Below are positions 10,081 to 18,830 of a stretch of 64,000 nt of DNA, one piece after another. Made by a program: the position numbers and the translations under genes. Position 1 is the first letter of the stretch. Each line of letters opens with the position of its first letter. This stretch comes from Promethearchaeota archaeon (lineage in GTDB: Archaea > Asgardarchaeota > Lokiarchaeia > Sigyniarchaeales > SOKP01). The DNA is taken from positions 516,919 to 580,918 of the forward strand of contig JAHPZA010000003.1 in assembly GCA_019058445.1 (NCBI GenBank), given 5' to 3'. Below the pieces are notes generated by a model. It did not search any database and had not been told where the DNA came from. It saw only the letters and a program-made list of their open reading frames with translations.

Positions 10081-10950
10081 TTGAATAACGAATCTAAGGT
10101 TATTTTATTCGATGGCGCAATGGGCACAGAAATCATTAAGCGAGGAATAGAGCCTGGTAAAATTCCAGATATTTTGAATATCGAACAGCCAAATCTTATT
10201 ACAGAGATACATAAAGCATATTTTAGTGCCGGATCAGACATATGCCAGACCTGTACTTTCGGATCTACACCATTAAACTTACAGCATTATAATTTAACTG
10301 AAAAATTTAAAGAAATTAATCAAAAAGCCTTAGACAATATTCTATTAGCCCGTCCTCCTGATCGAATAATCGCGGGAGATATTGGACCAACTGGAGAATT
10401 TAAACCTCCTGTAGGAAATGCGACACTAGAACAATGGTATCAGAGTTTTTATGAGCAATCGAAAATATTAGATAAGTATATTGATGTATGGCACATCGAA
10501 ACAATGTCCGATTTGGATGAAATGCTCACAGCTGTAAAAGCAATCAAAAGAATTTCTCAAAAACCAATTATGAGTTCAATGACTTATAGGAAAACAAAAA
10601 GGGGGTATTTTACTATTATGGGAGATTCCTTGGAAAAATGTATTAAATCATTAGAAATGAGTGAGGTAGATGTAATTGGAACAAATTGTACTATTGGATC
10701 AAAAGATATGATTGGTTTAATTGAAGAATCCGTGAAAATAACCAACAAACCACTTTTAGTAAAACCCAATGCTGGTCTCCCTAGGCTCGATACAGGTGAA
10801 AAAACATATTATGATCAATCGGTTGAGGAATTTGTTGAAGATATTTGTATAATGATTGATTTAGGGGTAAAAATAGTGGGAGGATGCTGTGGAACTTCGC
10901 CAGAGACAATTAGAGAAATCCGTAAGAGCATTGACTTATTATATTCTTGA
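10081..10950 (+). CDS. Stand-alone homocysteine S-methyltransferase domain (MetH N-terminal/BHMT-like)
   Basis: TTG start. 'FDGAMGT', 'GDIGPTG', 'IETMSD', Zn ligands 'GTNC' and 'GGCCGT', and 'KPNAGLP'. Confidence 0.9.
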   Translation: MNNESKVILFDGAMGTEIIKRGIEPGKIPDILNIEQPNLITEIHKAYFSAGSDICQTCTFGSTPLNLQHYNLTEKFKEINQKALDNILLARPPDRIIAGDIGPTGEFKPPVGNATLEQWYQSFYEQSKILDKYIDVWHIETMSDLDEMLTAVKAIKRISQKPIMSSMTYRKTKRGYFTIMGDSLEKCIKSLEMSEVDVIGTNCTIGSKDMIGLIEESVKITNKPLLVKPNAGLPRLDTGEKTYYDQSVEEFVEDICIMIDLGVKIVGGCCGTSPETIREIRKSIDLLYS

Positions 10951-10991
10951 TTTTAAGTATTAAAAAGCTTATTGAACGAAGTAATTAAATC

Positions 10992-12458
10992 TTAAGCTTT
11001 AAATTTAAAATTTATTAATTCTTTTTCAGCTCTAGTAAGAATTTCATTTAATTTTTGTACGGTAGTCTCAGATAACTGTTCTGGTTGGTGAGATTCAAGT
11101 ATTTCAAGTGTTTTCTGATTTACCTTATCTCCATAAGGTTTTTTTCCTTTTTTTATCCACGATTCTGGATCTTCACGATTTAGAAATTTAGGACGCCATA
11201 ATTCTTGACGAAAGTGTTTCAAAGTATGTTCTTCAGAGAGAAAATCTCCACCTGGACCAACCTTTCGAATTACATCAATAGCCATCATTTCCTGATCGAT
11301 ATTAAAGCCGTTTATAAGCTTTTTTACATAACTTATAATCTCATTACACATAACTATTGAAGCGGGATTTCCCAACAGTCCTTGACCTAAATATCCAATA
11401 TCATGTATTAAATTGGCTCCATCAAGGGCAGATAACAATGTTCCGAATGCATGTTCCATAGCTGCCTGCTGATCAAGACAATGAGAATCAGAACCCGTTG
11501 TAGACCACATTGGAATATTATAATAGTGAAAGATATCTGCAAATGCAGAGTTTGTCAAACGAGTAGCAGGATCTCCATAAGAGAAAGTTGAGTATCTCAT
11601 ATCTAATGGAATTACTCCAAATCCTGAGATTATTGGAGCCCCCTTGTTCTTAAGTTGATGTAAAACAATCCCACTTAAAGCTTCAGCATTAGCTTGTACA
11701 ATTCCGCCGCCCAATGTAACTGGAATGCTTGCTCCAAGAATATCTCCTGGTGTATAGCATATTGGAATACTTTTCTCAGCACACAAAAATACCTTATTTA
11801 CTGCTCCATAAGAATGTGTCAAAGGAGCAGTTGGTTCAGAATAATGAATAAGAAAAGGCTTTTTTTTTAGATTTTCCTCTCCACCAGCTATAATTTCTGC
11901 CATTTCTATAATGTACGAAAGATCCTCTTTTCCAGCTGCAGTAAAGAATATAGGTTTAATGGAATTTTCCATCATCGCTTTTACACAATTAATATACATT
12001 AAATTAGACGGTACATCACTCGGTAAGCCAAAAGAAGCAATAAAATCTACATTCTCGCAATAATCCGAGACTTTAGCTGCATTAATTACGTCTTGTAATA
12101 GAGATAATCTTATTTCTTTAGTGTGTAAATCATATGTACGAATTAAGTCCGTTCCGGTCCCAAAATGGATATTCCTTCCCTCCAATTGCATTACCTTTTC
12201 TCCTTTTCTATTAAATATTGTAATTTGAGAAGGAGCACTGCGTAAACATTCTTCCACTAACCAATTAGGTATACGTACAATGTTATTATCTTCCACGATG
12301 CACTCGGAATTCTCTAATAATTTTAAACCTTGCTCGTGTGATATACGAACACCGATAGTTTCCAATATCTCCAAACTGGCTAGATGAATTTTTTTAATTT
12401 GGCTTTCTGTTAAAAGCTTAAAGTTTGGTTTACACTGTGTTTTGAAATTTTCAATCAT
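10992..12458 (-). CDS. MttB superfamily methyltransferase, non-pyrrolysine (second paralogue)
   Basis: 'IHLASLEILETIG', 'EPTAPL', 'NAEALSG', 'SDS..LDQQA', 'LIHDIGYL' and 'VGPGGDFL..EHT'. ATG at 12458 chosen because GAGGT lies 9 nt upstream; the ORF track starts at TTG 12467. Confidence 0.9.
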   Translation of the reverse strand: MIENFKTQCKPNFKLLTESQIKKIHLASLEILETIGVRISHEQGLKLLENSECIVEDNNIVRIPNWLVEECLRSAPSQITIFNRKGEKVMQLEGRNIHFGTGTDLIRTYDLHTKEIRLSLLQDVINAAKVSDYCENVDFIASFGLPSDVPSNLMYINCVKAMMENSIKPIFFTAAGKEDLSYIIEMAEIIAGGEENLKKKPFLIHYSEPTAPLTHSYGAVNKVFLCAEKSIPICYTPGDILGASIPVTLGGGIVQANAEALSGIVLHQLKNKGAPIISGFGVIPLDMRYSTFSYGDPATRLTNSAFADIFHYYNIPMWSTTGSDSHCLDQQAAMEHAFGTLLSALDGANLIHDIGYLGQGLLGNPASIVMCNEIISYVKKLINGFNIDQEMMAIDVIRKVGPGGDFLSEEHTLKHFRQELWRPKFLNREDPESWIKKGKKPYGDKVNQKTLEILESHQPEQLSETTVQKLNEILTRAEKELINFKFKA

Positions 12459-12545
12459 CTTAATCAAACCTCAGATTAGACTAATATAATAATTTTTAGT
12501 ATTAAAAACTTTTAAATAAATTCAAATCTAAATAATAATTCGATT

Positions 12546-13973
12546 ATGTTTGCAAAAGTCCTTACAAAACCACAAATTGATCAAATTCACCAGGCATCAC
12601 TTAGTATTCTAGAAAGAACTGGAGTGATAATTCCCCATGAAGAAATTTTAGCTAAGTTTGGTAAACACGGGGCAGTTGTAAATGCTAAGGAAAACCATGT
12701 AAAAATACCCTCTGAGTTAGTTATGGAACTCGTTTCAAAAGCGGGGAAAAACTTTACCCTTTATGGAAGAGATATTTCGAATAAAGCTGAATTCGGATCA
12801 GGTAAACGGAACTATAATACCACTGCTGGACAAGCTTTCTGGATCGATAATATCGGGGATAATCGAAGATACACATGTATGGATGATGTTACTACTGCCG
12901 TGAAGTTTAGCGATGCGCTAGATCAAATAACAATTCCAGGAGCAATGGCAGATCCACATGAAATACCAGTGGAGTGGAGATGCGTTGCTGTAGCAACGGA
13001 AGCCATTAAAAATACTTCAAAACCAATCATGTTTTGGTTCCATGATAGAGCTTCGGCAAAATATTTAATAGATTTGCTTATCGCATTAAGGGGAGACGAG
13101 AAAAAAGCTGAAACCTATCCTTTATTTTTTCCGTTTCTTGAACCTATAAGTCCTTTGAGCTTTCCCTTCAACGGTATAGACCTTTTATTCGAAACAGCAC
13201 GTTTAAATATTCCAGTTCCTATTGGTCCCATGGCACAGATGGGCTTATCTGCTCCATCAACATTAGCCGGAACCATGGCCCAAGAAAATGCTGAAGTATT
13301 AGCTGGGATATGTGTCACCCAACTTATACGTGAAGGGATGCCAATTTGTTATGGGGGTATATGCCATGCATTTGATATGAAAACCGTACAAATGATATTT
13401 TCAGGGCCGGAACAAGCAATTTTTAGCGTTGCGATGAGTCAGATGGGTAAATTTTATGGTTTTCCGGTATATATTAATGCGGGATTAACAGACTCGAAGA
13501 GTCCCGATGCTCAAGCAGGTTTGGAATGCGGATTAACCTTAGCAATGGGTGCTGCTGCCGGTGCTGATATCTTCGGACATATGGGGATATGTGGGATGGA
13601 TCAGGCAAGCTCTTTAGATTTTCTTATAATGCAATCTGAAATTATTTCATATGTAGAAAGTATGATGAGAACAATAAACTTCACAAAAGAAACTTTTGCT
13701 ATGGATTTAATCGATGAAACTGGACCTAAAGGCTCATTTTTACACAAACAACATACTCGTAAACATTTTAGGAAAGAACTATGGTTTCCTAGCTTGCTAG
13801 ATAGAAGAGATTATAAAGCATGGCGTGAAAAAGGAACTAAAACTATGGAGCAACGTTGTCGCGAGCGAAAAGATGAAATTATAGCAAACTATAAACCTAT
13901 GCAATTACCAAATGATATAGCACGCGAACTGGATGAGATTGTTAGGACCGCAAAGCAAAACTTAAAACAGTGA
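12546..13973 (+). CDS. MttB superfamily methyltransferase, non-pyrrolysine (third paralogue)
   Basis: 'IHQASLSILERTG', 'EPISPL', 'APSTLAGT.AQENAE.LAG', 'GLTDSKSPDAQAG.E' and 'GPKGSFL...HT'. Confidence 0.9.
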   Translation: MFAKVLTKPQIDQIHQASLSILERTGVIIPHEEILAKFGKHGAVVNAKENHVKIPSELVMELVSKAGKNFTLYGRDISNKAEFGSGKRNYNTTAGQAFWIDNIGDNRRYTCMDDVTTAVKFSDALDQITIPGAMADPHEIPVEWRCVAVATEAIKNTSKPIMFWFHDRASAKYLIDLLIALRGDEKKAETYPLFFPFLEPISPLSFPFNGIDLLFETARLNIPVPIGPMAQMGLSAPSTLAGTMAQENAEVLAGICVTQLIREGMPICYGGICHAFDMKTVQMIFSGPEQAIFSVAMSQMGKFYGFPVYINAGLTDSKSPDAQAGLECGLTLAMGAAAGADIFGHMGICGMDQASSLDFLIMQSEIISYVESMMRTINFTKETFAMDLIDETGPKGSFLHKQHTRKHFRKELWFPSLLDRRDYKAWREKGTKTMEQRCRERKDEIIANYKPMQLPNDIARELDEIVRTAKQNLKQ

Positions 13974-14043
13974 ATACAATTCAATGGCTTTATTCTTTTT
14001 CTTTTAGCATAAATATTAAATCCTTTTTAATATAAACTTACTC

Positions 14044-15420
14044 ATGTTCAAAAAGTTTGTTGGTCCTTCAAGATGGTTTAAGCTTGAAGAGATTTATGAT
14101 GAAACTACTCTTGAAACCCAGATTAATGAGGATAAAACTTTTGAAAGTAAGGTAAGAAAAGGCAAAAAAGTCCGCTTCATAGATCTAGTCTTTACAAGTC
14201 AAAATTGGCATGATTCAATATGGAAACATCGAGCCAGAATTTATATTCCTGAGAATTATCAAAAAGACGGTAATGTAGCTATTATTGGAGCTCATAAAGA
14301 TTTTTGTCCAGAAAAAAACTATATCGTGGGAGGAATTGATGGAGAAGATTTACCTCAATTCAATAGAGGTAAAATCCTAGGGCAAAACAATCAGCCAACA
14401 GAATTAAATACAGAAAGTGAATTCTGCGAGGGGACTGCCATTGATCTTGGTATACCGATAATGTTATTTAACACGCCAGGGGATATAATATTTGGACTAG
14501 ATGAATCTGATTTAATGGGTTACGGCTTAAAAAAGTTGGGAGAAACTTTCGACCTCACGTGGTTTCCATATCTTCCAATTGTAATTTCATATCTTCGAGC
14601 AATTACTCTTTTTCATTCTTTACCCGAAGTGAAAGCACAGCGAGCAGTTCTTTTCGGAAATTCAAAACGAGGTGTGTCAGTTAGTCTATCTACTGGTGTT
14701 GATCCGGACAGAGTTGCAGGTATATTATGTACCGGCGCTCATGGAGGGAATACTCTTCATATGATATTAATGAAGTTTGCGCAGTTGGGTCCTGATGTAG
14801 GTGGTCCCGCTATCGAAAGAGCAGGTCCTGGATTTTTACCAGCTGAGCGATTATTGGAAATCCTAAATTCCGCGGCAGGATTTTTCCTTCTTATGTCATT
14901 TGATCCCTACATTTGGAGGAAACAAATTAAAGCAGCATATATGATAGCCATTGGAACGAATGATGAATTCACGGGATTAGGAGCTCCCGATGGTATGATT
15001 AAAAATATGGAGGGTGACAAAGCACTCTTATATATAGATAATCTTCCTCACACGTGGACTTCACTTAAACATCTTTCTGCTTGGAGGATGCTTATCTCTC
15101 ATGCCTTTTATAATCGAGAGATTCCTCTCATTGAGGTCAATAAAAATGTCCAAAATTCGCACCTGTATGTCAACGCTAAAATAAACAATTTTAATGAAAT
15201 AAAAGGTGTGAAATTATTTTACTCATTTAATAAATCATCTGATTGGCGATTTTCCCAATGGGAATCTATTCCAATGAATTTTGAAGATGGTGAGTATAAA
15301 GCGGTACTTCAAGTAAGAAAGGATATGAAGCTAGCCTATTATGTAGAGTTAGAAAATTATCATGAAAAAGGAGGAATTGGTTATGTTAGTACACCAATTT
15401 CTTTTGAAGGATGGAATTAA
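14044..15420 (+). CDS. PqaA-like (PhoPQ-activated protein family) alpha/beta hydrolase
   Basis: 'TSQNW...WKH...IYIP', nucleophile-elbow-like 'GNSKRG', 'FDPY', 'GTNDEF' and 'NLPH'. No signal peptide seen. Confidence 0.7.
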   Translation: MFKKFVGPSRWFKLEEIYDETTLETQINEDKTFESKVRKGKKVRFIDLVFTSQNWHDSIWKHRARIYIPENYQKDGNVAIIGAHKDFCPEKNYIVGGIDGEDLPQFNRGKILGQNNQPTELNTESEFCEGTAIDLGIPIMLFNTPGDIIFGLDESDLMGYGLKKLGETFDLTWFPYLPIVISYLRAITLFHSLPEVKAQRAVLFGNSKRGVSVSLSTGVDPDRVAGILCTGAHGGNTLHMILMKFAQLGPDVGGPAIERAGPGFLPAERLLEILNSAAGFFLLMSFDPYIWRKQIKAAYMIAIGTNDEFTGLGAPDGMIKNMEGDKALLYIDNLPHTWTSLKHLSAWRMLISHAFYNREIPLIEVNKNVQNSHLYVNAKINNFNEIKGVKLFYSFNKSSDWRFSQWESIPMNFEDGEYKAVLQVRKDMKLAYYVELENYHEKGGIGYVSTPISFEGWN

Positions 15421-15424
15421 AGAT

Positions 15425-17389
15425 TTATAATGGGTTAATCGTTTCAAATAAATGAGTAAATTTAGATTTTTTTCTATAAAATACCGGTGGACTCCCAATG
15501 GAAGCTTCTATTTCATGCCATCCTTTTCCATATTCCTTATCAGACCATATGTGAATCCATTGATCTTCAGGAAGATATACTTTCCAAACAGTAATCTTAG
15601 GTTTAATAACAGGAGCCACAAGCAAATCTCTTCCCAATAAATATTGGTACTTTAATTTATGTAATTCGGGATCATTTCCATAATGGAGATAACAAGCCCG
15701 TATTGGTGAGATGCCTGTTTCTTGATATTCCTTTGAGAGTTCTTTCAAATATGGTTTCAAATGAACATGCATATTAACCATTTTGGCTAGGTGAGATAAA
15801 GTCTCCTGATCACCATCAAATTGCCAATTATTCTGAGGTCTATTACCCTCATGAGTACGCATTATCATTGAAAAGGCAGCCCATTCTGCTCCGCGTAGAA
15901 ACATCTCTTTTGTTCTTTTATATGGACCATATGTAGTGTATCCTCCAATATCATAACAGTAATAGCCTATTCCACATAATCCTACTGAAATACCACATGG
16001 AATGACCGTTGCTATTCCATTTATTTCATTCCAATCCTCAAGCTGATCCCCTGAAAAATAACACATTATATATTTAGACGCATGTGAAAATCCTGATCTA
16101 TTGAATACAAAAACATCGTGTAATTTTTGTTCCTCATCTAAAATTTCATACACGACTTTCGCAAATTCGACGGGATAATAATTATGATATTCTTCAACAC
16201 CCATATCTGAATGTATTATTATATCAGCATTTACTGGAAGGTATTCTCCATAATCATGCATCCAGCCTGAGAGTCCTATATCAAGCAAATTTTTTTTTAT
16301 TATAGTTTTGAACCATTCGAATGCATCTGGATTTGATATATCTAAGATGCAGGTTGGAAAGTCTGTGGTATATATAATTAAATCTTCGCCTTCTTTGTTT
16401 TTCACACAATACCCTTTTTTGGAAGCTTCCAAATACATGGGAGCGTCAATTGGCAAAAATTGGTTCATATACCCTAAGAACTTAATGTTCCTTTTATTTA
16501 AGGATTTTATAAACTCTGGCAAATCTGGATAACTTTTTTTTTCATATTCCCAATTCCAAAATAATTGCTGACCAAATGAGGTCATACGAATCCCTTGCCA
16601 ATCTTGACACCATGCTGCTATTACTTTAATCCCAGCATCAATTGCTTTATTGATTTTAGTCTCGACTATTTCATTTCCCCCTTGAATTCCCATGATAAGC
16701 CCATCATATACCCAGTCGGGCACTGGCGGTTGGCGACCAAAATAATCCGATAAATAACTTATTACAGAAATTGCTGTTTCAAATTTACCAATTATAATCT
16801 TCTTTGGCACTTCCCAAATAAGCAATTCATGGAATTTTTCGTTAATAAAATTAAATTCAGAATAATAGGTTGTTTCTACATGGCAGAAGTAGTTAGATTT
16901 TCCAGCTGAGATAAAAGTAGGAAATGGGAAATATGTATACTTTGTATGCCCAACGGGGGAGTGATCCTCAACCCATATAGGAATTTTATAGCCCCTCAAA
17001 TTTAATTCTGAAAATTGTGATCCGCAACCATAGATTGCCTCTTCAGATCCTGCTGAGAGTGACATCCAAAATCTATTAATAATCGGATCTTTAGCTGCTG
17101 GTATGATTTCTAAGTGATTATCCTTTATTCTACAAATGAGATTTAATATTTTATCCTTTCTTGAAAGATTAATTTTAATCTCATTATCAGTGGTATTAAT
17201 AATATTAAATTCATTAAGTTCAATCTTTTCTTCCACATTATCTTTTATCTTAAACTTATGATTTTTTAGTCTATAGAGAGCTTTTCCAATTCCAATTTTA
17301 AAGCAAGGCTTATTGGAACTGTGATGTAAAAAAAGATGACCTTTATAATATATCTTGAATTCATCCTTGGAATATTCAAGCTTTAACAT
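15425..17389 (-). CDS. yihQ: GH31 glycosidase, sulfoquinovosidase (YihQ/SqvC)-like
   Basis: 'DWVYDG..GIQGG', 'WCQDWQGIRMTSFG..L.WNW', nucleophile 'GWMHDYGEYLP', acid/base 'GDQ..DW', 'DIGGYTT' and 'RTHEGNRP..NWQFD' follow YihQ as I recall it. The sulfonate-binding Arg is replaced by Gln. Confidence 0.8.
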   Translation of the reverse strand: MLKLEYSKDEFKIYYKGHLFLHHSSNKPCFKIGIGKALYRLKNHKFKIKDNVEEKIELNEFNIINTTDNEIKINLSRKDKILNLICRIKDNHLEIIPAAKDPIINRFWMSLSAGSEEAIYGCGSQFSELNLRGYKIPIWVEDHSPVGHTKYTYFPFPTFISAGKSNYFCHVETTYYSEFNFINEKFHELLIWEVPKKIIIGKFETAISVISYLSDYFGRQPPVPDWVYDGLIMGIQGGNEIVETKINKAIDAGIKVIAAWCQDWQGIRMTSFGQQLFWNWEYEKKSYPDLPEFIKSLNKRNIKFLGYMNQFLPIDAPMYLEASKKGYCVKNKEGEDLIIYTTDFPTCILDISNPDAFEWFKTIIKKNLLDIGLSGWMHDYGEYLPVNADIIIHSDMGVEEYHNYYPVEFAKVVYEILDEEQKLHDVFVFNRSGFSHASKYIMCYFSGDQLEDWNEINGIATVIPCGISVGLCGIGYYCYDIGGYTTYGPYKRTKEMFLRGAEWAAFSMIMRTHEGNRPQNNWQFDGDQETLSHLAKMVNMHVHLKPYLKELSKEYQETGISPIRACYLHYGNDPELHKLKYQYLLGRDLLVAPVIKPKITVWKVYLPEDQWIHIWSDKEYGKGWHEIEASIGSPPVFYRKKSKFTHLFETINPL

Positions 17390-17412
17390 AATAAATTATA
17401 TAAATAAAACAA

Positions 17413-18732
17413 TTACTTAATTATTTTCCATCCTATAATTTTGGAAAACATCTCAAAAGGTTTTATGAAATCTCCATAGACAACTGAAATATGATGTGCA
17501 ATTCCATTGTGAATAATTTTATGTAATACATCTCTTATTTTTTCTTGAAATACGACTTTTGCATAAGTACCCTTTAATTCTTTTTCCATAAAAATAGCCT
17601 CTCCTTTTTGGACAAATATTCGATATTCGTCTGGAGGAGCATAATCGATTCTTAAAAGTGAAAGTTCTCCGGGTTTCATGACAAAATCTGCAGTCACTCC
17701 TTTTCCACCCGCAAAATAAGTATCTAAAGATCTGATACATTTACCATCCCACAAATTGCATGCTGCAACACCACAATGCCATAATAATCCATAATTTTCT
17801 TCAAAATTCACTTGTGAAAAATCAGCTAAAAACGGAGTTTCTGCTCCAATAGCTTTATGTGCTAACATAGATAAACTGCCTAGAATGTCTCCCTCACAAG
17901 TTAAGATTTTTCCTTCGGCTTGTAAAATAGACATCGCAGCACATGGAGATATTCCAAATTTTTGTGCAAATTCAGGCCAACATCGCACGGCTATAGAGTT
18001 TAGGTTATTCTCTTTCATAAATGTTTCAAATTTGATTACTAATTCAGCCACTTTTTCAACTTGACTAGTGTTTACTCCTGAAATGTCGAATATAGTTTCA
18101 ATTTGCGTTTTTCTTTCTGGAAGTTTATGATAATCAATGATTTGATTAAATACATCACTTAACTGATAATACTCAATTAAAATTCCTAAATGCTTGTATA
18201 AATCAAGCTCATCGACGTCTAGATTAAAAAATCCGTGAGCTCTGGAGCCTATTATCCCTACGTGAGAACTTGAAAATGCTTTGATTATCCTTATTGCATC
18301 TAACCAATCCTCGTCAATCTCATCCCCTATAACTACATGATAATTTCTTATACCTGCTTTATACAGATTAGACGCATTCAAGTTAATCCCACAGACTGAA
18401 TTGAGTCTAATTTTTCCACCATCATAGGGTAATTCATATAAACCCCACAATAGAATTGGTCGGTTGATAACTTTATTTAATTCTAAAATCAAATGCCCTA
18501 AAGCAAAAGTTCCGCTAATACAAATCAAGCCATCTATTTGCTTAGATGCTAAATGATGTGCTGCATTTTGTGCTTCTTCAATTTCGATGACTAACTCCGG
18601 GATAATTTCCCAATTTATATTTTCAATAGATTTAAGTTTCACTTGAATATCTTGATAAATCTCAAACGCCACCTCGAAATCGAATGTTTTTCTGGCAATG
18701 CACACTACTCCTATTCGAATTTCTTGCTTCAT
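17413..18732 (-). CDS. sqvD: L-fucose/L-arabinose isomerase family protein, sulfoquinovose isomerase (SqvD/SftI)-like
   Basis: 'IARKTFD', 'LWGLYE...GGKIRLNSVCG.N', 'AVRCWPEF', metal site 'CEGDILG', 'ADF' and 'LLWHCG'. Lies between the transaldolase and GH31 genes. Confidence 0.75.
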   Translation of the reverse strand: MKQEIRIGVVCIARKTFDFEVAFEIYQDIQVKLKSIENINWEIIPELVIEIEEAQNAAHHLASKQIDGLICISGTFALGHLILELNKVINRPILLWGLYELPYDGGKIRLNSVCGINLNASNLYKAGIRNYHVVIGDEIDEDWLDAIRIIKAFSSSHVGIIGSRAHGFFNLDVDELDLYKHLGILIEYYQLSDVFNQIIDYHKLPERKTQIETIFDISGVNTSQVEKVAELVIKFETFMKENNLNSIAVRCWPEFAQKFGISPCAAMSILQAEGKILTCEGDILGSLSMLAHKAIGAETPFLADFSQVNFEENYGLLWHCGVAACNLWDGKCIRSLDTYFAGGKGVTADFVMKPGELSLLRIDYAPPDEYRIFVQKGEAIFMEKELKGTYAKVVFQEKIRDVLHKIIHNGIAHHISVVYGDFIKPFEMFSKIIGWKIIK

Positions 18733-18830
18733 TAAATACCGACCTTTTCTAACTTATCTTAAAATTTTAATATATACACAGTATACTAAATAATTCCAAT
18801 TTCTCTTAAATTTTCAAACCAGATACCAGA

